A stretch of DNA of 64,000 nt from Bacteroidota bacterium (GTDB taxonomy: Bacteria > Bacteroidota > Bacteroidia > Chitinophagales > LD1), in contig CANJLD010000006.1 of the NCBI GenBank assembly GCA_947475165.1, positions 13,824 through 77,823 on the forward strand. The letters are read 5' to 3'. A program made the translations under genes and the position numbers. The notes beneath the pieces were generated by a model, which had not been told where the DNA came from, searched no databases, and saw nothing but the letters and a program-made list of their open reading frames with translations. Below, one piece after another: positions 54,734 through 63,959 of the stretch. How positions within the stretch are numbered: the first letter of the stretch is position 1; each line of letters opens with the position of its first letter.

Positions 54734-56584
54734 ATGTGTGGCATTGCCGGATTTTATTCTTCTTCAAAAAAAATAAGCGAGAACGATTTGCATTCAATGA
54801 TAGATGCAATGAGTCACCGCGGACCGGATGCATCGGGTTATTTTTTGAACGAAGAAAAAACTATTGGCTTAGGTCACCGCAGGTTGAGCATTATTGATTT
54901 GAGCGAAGCTGCCAATCAACCCATGCTTTCGCACAGCGGAAGATACATGGTCGTATTTAACGGAGAGGTTTACAATTTTCGCGAAATAGCAAAACAGCTA
55001 AACATTTCAACGCGCACCAGCAGCGATACAGAAATTATAATTGAGGCATTTGAAAAAAAAGGAGTTGAATTTGTTCATCTGCTCAACGGCATGTTTGCCA
55101 TTGCTATTTACGATAAGCAGGAGAAAAAATTATTTCTGTTTCGCGATCGATTGGGAGTAAAGCCTCTTTACTACTTCTACAACGAAAACAGTTTTGCTTT
55201 CGGTTCAGAAATAAAAGCTTTATTGAAAAGCGCATTCGTTTCACAAAATATTCAACTAAACAAAAAAACCGTTTCTACTTTTTTGTATGCCGGTTACATT
55301 CCTGAGCCGTTTACTATTTACAATAATATTCATCGCTTACCGGCAGGAAGTTTTGCTGTAATAGATAACAGCGAAATAGAAATAAGAAGCTACTGGAAAC
55401 CCGAAGAGCAAGTTTCAACACAGTTAAAATCAGATTTTAATTCAGCAAAAGAAGAATTGAAAAACCTTCTTACTTCTTCTGTTCGCTATCGCATGATAAG
55501 CGATGTTCCGTTTGGAACTTTCTTAAGTGGCGGAATTGATTCAAGTGCGGTTACTGCTATTGCACAAAGTATTTCAGATAAGCCGGTGAAGACTTTTTCT
55601 ATTGGCTTCAAAGAGGCGAAGTTCAACGAAAGCGAATACGCCAGAAAAGTTTCAAACCATCTTGGCACACATCATCACGAGTTTATAGTAACCGAAAATG
55701 ATGCTATTGAATTAGTTGATAGAATGATGGCCGTTTACGATGAACCTTATGCTGACTCATCTGCGTTGCCAACCATGCTGGTTTCTAAACTCGCCCGTAA
55801 GCACGTGACCATGACTTTAAGTGGCGATGGCGGTGATGAGTTATTTATGGGTTACGGAGCATACGATTGGGCAAAGCGATTGAATAATCCATTAGTGAAA
55901 CTGCTCCGACAGCCAATTTCGTTTTCTCTTTCGCAATTAGGTAACAGGTATAAGCGTGGGGCTCAAGTTTTTAATTATAAAACAGAAACACATAAAAAGA
56001 GCCATATCTTTTCGCAGGAGCAATATTTTTTTAGTGAGAACGAGTTGAGTGAATTATTGAAAGAAGATTTTAAGCATGAACTTTTATTTAATGAGAGTTT
56101 CAACACAAAACGAGAATTATCGGCAGCCGAAGAGCAGGCACTTTTTGATATAAAGTATTATTTGAAAGATGATTTACTGACTAAAGTAGATATTGCCAGT
56201 ATGCAGTTTTCGCTCGAAGCACGCACTCCTTTTTTAGATTACCGGGTAGTTGAGTTTGCGCTGAATCTTTCAGAAGATTTAAAAAAGAAAAACGGCACAG
56301 CTAAATATTTGCTTAAGGAAGTGTTATACGATTACGTTCCGAAAGAATTTTTCAATCGTCCTAAATGGGGTTTCTCCATTCCATTAGCAAAATGGCTGAA
56401 AACTGATTTGCATTACCTGATTGAAAAATATTTGGACGAAAGAATAATTACAGAATGCAACGCTGTAAATTTTGAAAAAGTAAAATCGATGGTTGCTCGT
56501 TTTGAAAACGGTGAAGATTACTTATTCAATCGTATTTGGGTTTTAATTTTACTACACCGGTGGCTTAGAGAAAACTCCAAATGA
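54734..56584 (+). CDS. Glutamine-hydrolysing asparagine synthase family amidotransferase (AsnB/WbpS-like)
   Basis: 616 aa with the N-terminal nucleophile MCGIAGF, GHRRLSIIDLS..ANQPM, the PP-loop FLSGGIDSS and LSGDGGDELFMGY. Confidence 0.9.
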   Translation: MCGIAGFYSSSKKISENDLHSMIDAMSHRGPDASGYFLNEEKTIGLGHRRLSIIDLSEAANQPMLSHSGRYMVVFNGEVYNFREIAKQLNISTRTSSDTEIIIEAFEKKGVEFVHLLNGMFAIAIYDKQEKKLFLFRDRLGVKPLYYFYNENSFAFGSEIKALLKSAFVSQNIQLNKKTVSTFLYAGYIPEPFTIYNNIHRLPAGSFAVIDNSEIEIRSYWKPEEQVSTQLKSDFNSAKEELKNLLTSSVRYRMISDVPFGTFLSGGIDSSAVTAIAQSISDKPVKTFSIGFKEAKFNESEYARKVSNHLGTHHHEFIVTENDAIELVDRMMAVYDEPYADSSALPTMLVSKLARKHVTMTLSGDGGDELFMGYGAYDWAKRLNNPLVKLLRQPISFSLSQLGNRYKRGAQVFNYKTETHKKSHIFSQEQYFFSENELSELLKEDFKHELLFNESFNTKRELSAAEEQALFDIKYYLKDDLLTKVDIASMQFSLEARTPFLDYRVVEFALNLSEDLKKKNGTAKYLLKEVLYDYVPKEFFNRPKWGFSIPLAKWLKTDLHYLIEKYLDERIITECNAVNFEKVKSMVARFENGEDYLFNRIWVLILLHRWLRENSK

Positions 56585-57807
56585 CAGAAGTTCTTTACAT
56601 GAGTTATGATGGAATGACTGACCCGCTCGGGCAAAGTCAGGTCATTCCCTATTTGCAAGGGCTTTCTAAACTCGGATTTCATTTTACGCTTATCAGTTTT
56701 GAAAAAAAAGAACGGTTTGAGAAATCTGAAAAACAAATTTCTGCACTGCTGAAACATAGCAACATTGATTGGGTGCCACTTACCTACACCAAAAGCCCGC
56801 CTATACTTTCAACTATTTATGATGTAATGAGAATGCGGAGCAAAGCATTTGAATTACATCAGCAGAAAAAATTCAGCATCGTTCACTGCCGCAGTTACAT
56901 TTCATCGCTGGTTGGTTTAGCAATGAAGAAAAAATTTGGCGTGAAATTCATTTTTGATATGCGTGGCTTCTATGCTGATGAGCGAGTAGATGGTGGTTTA
57001 TGGAAATTGAGTAATCCGCTTTATAAAATGGTGTATGATTTCTTCAAAGGAAGAGAAAAACAGTTTCTGTCAAACGCAGATTACACCATTAGCTTAACCG
57101 AAAACGGAAAGCGAGAGATACAATCTTGGAAAGAAATTCCGAATCAGCCTATTTCAATTCAAGTAATTCCATGCTGTGCAGATTTAGAAAAATTTTCTTC
57201 AACACAAATTGATACAACTAAACTTCAAGAATTACGAACTCAGCTTTCGATTCATGAAAATGATTTTGTTTTAAGCTATCTTGGGAGTGTTGGCACTTGG
57301 TATATGCTGGATGAGATGTTGGATTTCTTTAAATGTCTTTTAGAGCAAAAGCCAAATGCAAAATTTCTTTTCATTACAAACGAACCGGCTTCGTTAGTTC
57401 TTAATAAAGCAGAAGAAAAAAACATTTCAGCAGATAAATTCATTATCACTACCGCTCCTCATTCATTAGTTCCAACTTACCTGGCTTTATCGTCTGTTTC
57501 TATTTTCTTTATTAAGCCGGTGTTTTCAAAGCGCGCATCATCGCCTACTAAGCAAGGAGAAATAATGGGAATGGGAATTCCGTATGTGTGTAATGCAGGA
57601 GTTGGCGATGTAGATGAAATTGTAGCAGATACCAATTCGGGGTTTGTGGTAAATATTTTTTCTATTGCCGATTATCAAAACACAGTAAAAGACTTACTCG
57701 AAAACAAATTAAACGAAGAGCAAATCAGAAATGGAGCAACAAAGTATTACTCCTTAGAAAAAGGCGTGGAGAAATACCATTCGGTTTACAAAGCATTACT
57801 GAAATAA
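56581..57807 (+). CDS. GT4-family glycosyltransferase
   Basis: 408 aa. The N-terminal VLYMSYDGMTDPLGQSQVIPYLQGLSKLGFHFTLISFEK is typical of one GT4 subfamily found in EPS loci. The C-terminal region is PTKQGEIMGMGIPYVCNAGVGDVDEIV. There is a 4-nt start/stop overlap. Confidence 0.75.
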   Translation: MTEVLYMSYDGMTDPLGQSQVIPYLQGLSKLGFHFTLISFEKKERFEKSEKQISALLKHSNIDWVPLTYTKSPPILSTIYDVMRMRSKAFELHQQKKFSIVHCRSYISSLVGLAMKKKFGVKFIFDMRGFYADERVDGGLWKLSNPLYKMVYDFFKGREKQFLSNADYTISLTENGKREIQSWKEIPNQPISIQVIPCCADLEKFSSTQIDTTKLQELRTQLSIHENDFVLSYLGSVGTWYMLDEMLDFFKCLLEQKPNAKFLFITNEPASLVLNKAEEKNISADKFIITTAPHSLVPTYLALSSVSIFFIKPVFSKRASSPTKQGEIMGMGIPYVCNAGVGDVDEIVADTNSGFVVNIFSIADYQNTVKDLLENKLNEEQIRNGATKYYSLEKGVEKYHSVYKALLK

Positions 57808-57852
57808 GAAAACCCACCCGTTCATTTTTTTATATTCACGCCTAATTACTTT

Positions 57853-59208
57853 ATGACGAACAGAAATAATTACAACTCACTAATTTTAGGTTTAGTTCTA
57901 TTTTCGTTCGCCTTCCTCATTTCACGAGCCCAGTTTTTTGCCTGTCCCACAGTTGAAATTCAAAACGATTCAGGTGAATACGTTTATTGGATAGATGCTT
58001 ATTTATCTAAAGGCGAAATGCCTCCGTGCAATTATATCCCCATTGGGTACCCCGTAATTGTAAAAGCACTGACTCTCGTTAAAGATTCCGTTTACTCCAT
58101 TGTGTTTTTTCAAATAGCACTTACTTTTTGTTCGTTTAGCCTATTACTATTTGTTGTTTGGCGTTTTTACTCAAAATATATTTACTGGATAACTGTTGCC
58201 TGCATAGCTGTTTACGTTCAAATTCCCAATAGCTTATTCTTCGACATCTATCTTCTTTCCGAATCGTGTTACAATTCAACTTTAGTTTTACTGGTAGCCG
58301 GGTTGATTGCTTTTTTCAACCAACCAACAAAGAAGAATTCTGTTTTGCTTTCCATAGCACTTACTGCTCCTATTTTATTTCGCCCTACAGGAGCCTTTAC
58401 AATTGTAATGTTTGCATTAACGGTTTTGTATCTCATCAGATTTAATAAGCGTGAATTTCTGATTGCTTTTTTTTCTCCGTTTTTACTGGTCTATTTCATT
58501 CTTTCAACTTACTCCTTGTGCGTGTCAGGTGACCCCATATTTATCGGACACAGCCGCATAACAAGAGCAATTACCAATAGTCAAAAAAACGAAATACAAA
58601 CCCCTGTAACACATCAGGATTCTCTTTTTTTACCGCTAGAAAAAATGAACCGGTGGCAACGAACCTTATGGCTATATGCAAACTATACAAAGCAAAGCCA
58701 GATGTACAGCCGTATAGAGGAAGCAAACGACAAATACTTTAAAAGAAATTTTCCGCAAACAAACGAATGGACTTGTTGCTACTACGGCTGGATAGATACC
58801 ACGATGGTAAAAGAACGGAAAGCTGTTTTTAAAGAATTTTATTACACCGATAAAATGCGATACTTGGCAGACCGCGAGCAAGAAGTAAAAAAGACAAAGC
58901 TGTTTAAGCTGTACGATTTGTTCAGCAATAAAATCATCAAAAAACTTTTCTTAAATTTCTTTTGGATAGCGTTAATGTTTGCTTCTCTCCTATTTGCTTC
59001 GGTAGTTTTACTTCAAACCAAATTCAACAATTACCGCGCAATTATTTTGTTGTTTCTGGTTTTAATAAATATAGGAACGTATGCCACGGTTATTGTTGCG
59101 GGCTTTTTACCTTTACCGCGTTACGGTTATCCGGCAGAGTTTATTTTTTTATTGCAACTTCCATTTTTAATTGACCTGATACAAGAAAGAAGAAATGCTT
59201 TCAAATAA
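57853..59208 (+). CDS. Polytopic membrane protein, GT-C-like (ArnT/PMT/Gtr-type) candidate
   Basis: 451 aa with about 9-11 hydrophobic helices and a ~120-aa soluble loop (HSRITRAITNSQKNE...TMVKERKAVFKEFYYTDKMRYLADREQEVKK). There is no clear motif, so the call rests on topology and context. Confidence 0.5.
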   Translation: MTNRNNYNSLILGLVLFSFAFLISRAQFFACPTVEIQNDSGEYVYWIDAYLSKGEMPPCNYIPIGYPVIVKALTLVKDSVYSIVFFQIALTFCSFSLLLFVVWRFYSKYIYWITVACIAVYVQIPNSLFFDIYLLSESCYNSTLVLLVAGLIAFFNQPTKKNSVLLSIALTAPILFRPTGAFTIVMFALTVLYLIRFNKREFLIAFFSPFLLVYFILSTYSLCVSGDPIFIGHSRITRAITNSQKNEIQTPVTHQDSLFLPLEKMNRWQRTLWLYANYTKQSQMYSRIEEANDKYFKRNFPQTNEWTCCYYGWIDTTMVKERKAVFKEFYYTDKMRYLADREQEVKKTKLFKLYDLFSNKIIKKLFLNFFWIALMFASLLFASVVLLQTKFNNYRAIILLFLVLINIGTYATVIVAGFLPLPRYGYPAEFIFLLQLPFLIDLIQERRNAFK

Positions 59209-60292
59209 AACCATAGCAGTAGTAGTTCCCGCTTATAACGAAGGAAAACAAATTGCCCGCGTAATCGAATCTATGCCCGCATTTGTTGACCGTATTATTA
59301 TAGTGAACGATTGTTCGAAAGACAATACATCGGAAGTTGTGAAAGGATTTTTTTCTTCTGAGTTTAATAAAAGTACAATTATCATCTCTCCTATTAAACC
59401 GGTTGAAAAAACATCGTTCAACTATGCCGATAGAATTGTGGAGCAGGAAATGAAAAGAGAATTAGATGGACTCTTACCTTCAGAAATCATCAACGCAAAT
59501 CAAACTACCGACAGAATTATTTTAATAGAGCAAAAGAAAAATGGTGGCGTTGGTGCAGCAGTAGCAAGAGGCTACAAATGGTGTAAAGACCATAGCATAG
59601 ATTGTATTGCCAAAGTAGATGGTGACGGGCAAATGGATCCTGCTGAGTTGGAGAGTATTTGCAAACCGGTGGTAGAAGAGCGTATTGACTATGTAAAAGG
59701 CAATAGGTTAATACATCGTAGTGCTTGGTTAGTAATTCCTAAAGTTCGTTACTTAGGCAATTCCATCCTTTCTATCATGACTAAAATGGCATCGGGCTAT
59801 TGGCATGTGTCAGACACACAAACAGCATTTACAGCTATTTCATTAAAGGCATTAAACGGAATAAACCTTACGGATATTTATACCACTTATGGCTATCCGA
59901 ACGATATGTTGGTGAAGTTGAATATTTCTATGTCAACCCTTCGCGAAGTGGAGATAAAGCCTATTTACAACGTAGGGGAGAACTCTAAGATGAAAATTGC
60001 TAAAGTTATTCCGCTGGTATCATGGTTATTATTCAAATCATTCTTTAAACGGCTTTGGATAAAATATTTATTCCGCGATTTTCACCCGTTGTTTTTACTC
60101 TATAATTTCTCATTCATTCTTGGCAGCATTTGGCTGCATTATCTATACAAAGTTTCCCTGGCTTTTATTCACGGACAAAATGTTTCGTTTGAAACACTTT
60201 TTGCTTTTTCATTTTTAGGCATCAGTGCGTTTCAGTCGTTGCTTTTTGCTATGTGGATGGATATACAGGATAACGAGCGCCTATATAAATAA
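59195..60292 (+). CDS. GT2 polyprenyl-phosphate glycosyltransferase-like enzyme (GtrB/ArnC/DPM1-type) with C-terminal TM helices
   Basis: 365 aa with IAVVVPAYNEGKQIARVIESMPAFVDRIIIVNDCSKDNTS and the DxD motif in KVDGDGQMDP. Two or more C-terminal hydrophobic helices are present (VIPLVSWLLFKSFF..., LFAFSFLGISAFQSLLFAMW). It overlaps the upstream gene by 14 nt. Confidence 0.75.
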   Translation: MLSNKTIAVVVPAYNEGKQIARVIESMPAFVDRIIIVNDCSKDNTSEVVKGFFSSEFNKSTIIISPIKPVEKTSFNYADRIVEQEMKRELDGLLPSEIINANQTTDRIILIEQKKNGGVGAAVARGYKWCKDHSIDCIAKVDGDGQMDPAELESICKPVVEERIDYVKGNRLIHRSAWLVIPKVRYLGNSILSIMTKMASGYWHVSDTQTAFTAISLKALNGINLTDIYTTYGYPNDMLVKLNISMSTLREVEIKPIYNVGENSKMKIAKVIPLVSWLLFKSFFKRLWIKYLFRDFHPLFLLYNFSFILGSIWLHYLYKVSLAFIHGQNVSFETLFAFSFLGISAFQSLLFAMWMDIQDNERLYK

Positions 60293-60301
60293 CAGATTGT
60301 C

Positions 60302-62302
60302 ATGTGTGGAATTTTTGGAATTATCCGGTCGAAGGAATCTACCCTTAGCGAAACCCTTGTAAAAAAAATTGCTACCGATTTGTTTCTACTGTCAGCTTCG
60401 CGCGGCAAGGAAGCTTCGGGCTTTGCGTTATACAGCAATGAGCAAATTACCATTTACAAAACACCCGACCACCCGAAAGATTTGATTTCTTCTGCCGGGT
60501 ACAAAAAAATAATCAGCGAAAAAAATCTCGCAAACGTTCGTGCTGTTATCGGGCACTCGCGCATGGTTACTAACGGCACCGAATACTCCAATGTAAATAA
60601 CCAGCCCTTTGTAAAAAATAATATAGCCGGTATACACAACGGGATTATTGTAAACGAAGCTGACATCTGGAAAAAATACTCGGGCGAAGAAAGAATTTCG
60701 GATTTAGACAGCGAGGTTATTCCAACTATTATCCGTCACGGGTTGAATAACGGAAGCAATCTTTCGCAAGCCCTCGAGTTGCTTTACAAAGAAATTTACG
60801 GCATGGCATCTATTGCTTTGATGTTTGCCGATTTTGAAAACATTGTGCTGGCTACCAACAACGGCTCGCTTTATTTCAACGTTTCAAAATCAGGGAACGA
60901 GATTGTGTTTGCTTCTGAAAACTTTATTCATCGCGAGCTTATACATAAAAGCAATATCCAAAATTTATTTGCCGAAGAAACCATTCGCAAAATTCAGCCT
61001 AACGAATTTTGCTGTATCAGCCTGAACAATTTATCGCGCGAGTTAAAAACTGCTGATGAAATTTCGAAAGGTCACAGCTTTTCAAATACACAAACCCGTA
61101 CGGCTTTAAATATTATTGACGAATCGCCTAGCGGTCGCGATTATAAAGCTTCAATTACTCCTTACCATTTACCGGCATCATTTGAACAACATTATCAGCG
61201 TTGTAAAGACCGCATTTCAAAACTGAAACGCTGCACTAAATGTTTGTTACCCGAAACTTTTCCAAACATTGTTTACGATGCAGCAGGAGTTTGCTCTTAC
61301 TGCAATAACTACAAACCATTTGTGCCAAACGCAGAAAGCGAACTGATTAAAATTGCCGATTCTGTAAAGAAAAACAATAACCGACCGGATTGCTTGGTAG
61401 CATTCAGTGGTGGAAGAGATAGCAGCTATAGTTTGCATTACCTCAAAAATTTAGGTTTAAATCCATTGGCATTTTCTTACGACTGGGGAATGATAACCGA
61501 CCTGGCAAGAAGAAACCAATCGCGTATTTGTGCCGAGTTGGGCATTGAACATATTCTTGTTTCGGCTGACATCAGAAAGAAAAGACGAAACGTGCGATTG
61601 AATGTGTCGGCATGGTTGAATAAGCCGAGCCTGGGAACTATTCCGCTTTTTATGGCGGGTGACAAGCAGTATTTTTATTATGCCGATGTAATAAAAAAAC
61701 AAAACGGACTTGACACCACTTTCATGGGTGAGAACCATTTAGAAAAGACAGGGTTTAAAACAGCTTTCAGCGGGGCAAAACAGGAAGATGCCGGTTTTAT
61801 GGCGTATCATATATCAACAGCTAATAAAATGCGGATGGTTTCTTTTTATATGAAAGAATATTTAACCAACCCTGCCTATATCAATCAATCGTTGCTGGAT
61901 ACTGCCGGTGCATTTTTTTCTTACTACGGCTTAAAGCACGACTACATCAACATTTTTGATTATCTGAAATGGGACGAAACAACTATTTCAAAAACTATCA
62001 TTGACGAGTATGATTGGGAGCTTTCGCCCGACACCGCTTCTACGTGGCGAATTGGCGATGGCACAGCTCCTTTTTACAACTACATCTATTATGTGGTAAC
62101 CGGTTTTACCGAAAACGATACTTTCAGAAGCAATCAGATACGTGAAGGCTCTTTAACGCGCGAAGAAGCGTTGGCACTTTCACTTCGCGATAATTATCCG
62201 CGTTGGGAATCGATTAAATGGTATTGCGATACTATCCATATCGATTTTCAAAAAGCCATTGAGATTATCAATAAAATACCGACCCTATTCAGCACCAAAT
62301 GA
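60302..62302 (+). CDS. Fusion protein: N-terminal class II (Ntn) glutamine amidotransferase domain plus C-terminal Zn-ribbon/PP-loop N-acetyl-sugar amidotransferase-like (WbuX/WbpG-type) domain
   Basis: 666 aa. The MCGIFGI nucleophile, GHSRMVTNG and NQPF occupy aa 1 to about 240. A Cys4 ribbon CTKCLLPETFPNIVYDAAGVCSYC lies at aa 311-334. The PP-loop AFSGGRDSSY lies at nt 61406-61423 and is followed by GLNPLAFSYDWGM, as in WbpG-type enzymes. Confidence 0.7.
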   Translation: MCGIFGIIRSKESTLSETLVKKIATDLFLLSASRGKEASGFALYSNEQITIYKTPDHPKDLISSAGYKKIISEKNLANVRAVIGHSRMVTNGTEYSNVNNQPFVKNNIAGIHNGIIVNEADIWKKYSGEERISDLDSEVIPTIIRHGLNNGSNLSQALELLYKEIYGMASIALMFADFENIVLATNNGSLYFNVSKSGNEIVFASENFIHRELIHKSNIQNLFAEETIRKIQPNEFCCISLNNLSRELKTADEISKGHSFSNTQTRTALNIIDESPSGRDYKASITPYHLPASFEQHYQRCKDRISKLKRCTKCLLPETFPNIVYDAAGVCSYCNNYKPFVPNAESELIKIADSVKKNNNRPDCLVAFSGGRDSSYSLHYLKNLGLNPLAFSYDWGMITDLARRNQSRICAELGIEHILVSADIRKKRRNVRLNVSAWLNKPSLGTIPLFMAGDKQYFYYADVIKKQNGLDTTFMGENHLEKTGFKTAFSGAKQEDAGFMAYHISTANKMRMVSFYMKEYLTNPAYINQSLLDTAGAFFSYYGLKHDYINIFDYLKWDETTISKTIIDEYDWELSPDTASTWRIGDGTAPFYNYIYYVVTGFTENDTFRSNQIREGSLTREEALALSLRDNYPRWESIKWYCDTIHIDFQKAIEIINKIPTLFSTK

Positions 62303-63354
62303 AGATTCTTTTCTTTTTAGTTCATCCTGCAAAATTTCATTTGTTTAAGCATCCCATCAACCGGCTTAGAAGCAAGGGCGTTGATGTAGACATTGCTATT
62401 GTTACAAAAGATATTCTGGAAGAACTAATTAAACAGGAAGGTTGGGATTACGTAAATATTTTCCCGGAAGGCAGAAGAATACAAGGCTTACCGATTATAG
62501 TCGGCACGCTTATCAATTTTGTAAAAACACTGTGGCGGCTTTTTACGCTCACCGGTAAAAAGAAATACGACCTTTTTGTTACCGATGACTCGCTGCCTAT
62601 TATTGGTAAACTGCGCGGCATTCCCACCATATTTTTTATTGATAACGAATTAACCACCGTACCGGAATACGAAATTCTATTGAAGACCGCCACCAACGTG
62701 CTGGCACCGGAAAGCGTAAACCTTGGAAAATACGAGAGCAAGAAAATCTCCTTTAAAGGTTATAAAGAACTGGCCTACCTGCATCCTGATTATTTCAAAC
62801 CCGATCATTCTGTAGTTGAAAAAATAAACCCCACCGGTGAAAAATATTTTTTACTGCGCGTTGTTTCTATGACTGCGAGCCATGACCGCGGTATTAAAGG
62901 CCTGACCGATGAAAGAGTTCGACAGATTATTGCCGTATTACAACCGCATGGAAAAGTTTTTATCTCGGGCGAGCGCGATTTGCCTGCGGACTTAGAACAG
63001 CACCGGTTGAAGATAAACCCGCGCGATATTCTGCACGTTATTTATTATGCGCAGTTGTTTGTAAGCGACAGCGGCACCATGAGTAGCGAAGCCGCCCTGC
63101 TCGGCACACCGGCTTTTATGTTTCACGATTTTATTGGCCGGTTGGGAGTAATGGTGGAGAAAGAAAAAAAATACGGGCTCATGTTCGGCTACAACAACCA
63201 GCAGTTTGATTTAATGCTGGCTAAGATTCAGGACTTAGTAGTTTTGCCCTCGCTGAAAGAGGAATGGAAAAAGAAAGTGGAAGTAATGCTCAGCGAACAA
63301 CAGGATGTAACTGCTTTTATGATTGACTTGTTTGAAAACTATAAAGCCCGCTGA
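62299..63354 (+). CDS. DUF354-family protein (predicted GT-B/epimerase-like fold)
   Basis: 351 aa. The N-terminus MKILFFLVHPAKFHLFKHPINRLRSKGVDVDIAIVTKDILEELIKQEGWDYVNI follows the DUF354 pattern (MKIW.D..H.AHV.FF...I..L...GHEV..T.R......ELL). There is a 4-nt overlap with the upstream gene. Confidence 0.6.
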   Translation: MKILFFLVHPAKFHLFKHPINRLRSKGVDVDIAIVTKDILEELIKQEGWDYVNIFPEGRRIQGLPIIVGTLINFVKTLWRLFTLTGKKKYDLFVTDDSLPIIGKLRGIPTIFFIDNELTTVPEYEILLKTATNVLAPESVNLGKYESKKISFKGYKELAYLHPDYFKPDHSVVEKINPTGEKYFLLRVVSMTASHDRGIKGLTDERVRQIIAVLQPHGKVFISGERDLPADLEQHRLKINPRDILHVIYYAQLFVSDSGTMSSEAALLGTPAFMFHDFIGRLGVMVEKEKKYGLMFGYNNQQFDLMLAKIQDLVVLPSLKEEWKKKVEVMLSEQQDVTAFMIDLFENYKAR

Positions 63355-63959
63355 TGGTTACGGTTATAGATTACGGCATGGGCAACCTCGGCAGCATTGC
63401 CAACATGATAAAGAAGATGGGTGGCAAGAGCGTTATTACCTCCGATAAAGAAGTAATTGCCAAGGCCAAAAAAATTGTATTACCCGGTGTTGGTGCTTTC
63501 GATAATGCCATGAAAAACATTGCTACACTGGGTATTCAGGAATTACTGAACAAAAAAGTACTGGAAGAAAAAATTCCGATGCTGGGTGTTTGCCTCGGTA
63601 TGCAGTTGCTTACTAAAGGAAGCGAAGAAGGAATACTCCCCGGCTTTGGATGGATAGATGCCGAGACGAAAAAATTTCAGCTCGATGCTTCTTACAAAAT
63701 TCCGCATATGGGTTGGAACAGGATTAAAGTGCAGCAGCCCAATGTGCTTATACAGGATGATGACCCGGATACGCGTTTTTATTTTGTGCATTCGTATTAC
63801 GTAAAGTGTCACCGGCAGGAAGATATTCTCGCCACTACTACTTACGGTCATGAGTTTACTTCAGCTGTTCACCGCGATAATATTTGGGGGGCACAGTTTC
63901 ACCCCGAGAAGAGTCATAAGTTTGGTATGCGTTTATTTAAAAATTTTCTTGCCCTGTAA
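63354..63959 (+). CDS. hisH: HisH-type class I glutamine amidotransferase (imidazole glycerol phosphate synthase subunit paralog, WbuY-like)
   Basis: 201 aa with VTVIDYGMGNLGSIANMIKKMG, LPGVGAFDNAM, GVCLGMQLL (nucleophile elbow) and FVHSYY...GAQFHPEKS. The polysaccharide-locus context suggests the LPS-associated paralog rather than the histidine-pathway hisH. Confidence 0.85.
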   Translation: MVTVIDYGMGNLGSIANMIKKMGGKSVITSDKEVIAKAKKIVLPGVGAFDNAMKNIATLGIQELLNKKVLEEKIPMLGVCLGMQLLTKGSEEGILPGFGWIDAETKKFQLDASYKIPHMGWNRIKVQQPNVLIQDDDPDTRFYFVHSYYVKCHRQEDILATTTYGHEFTSAVHRDNIWGAQFHPEKSHKFGMRLFKNFLAL

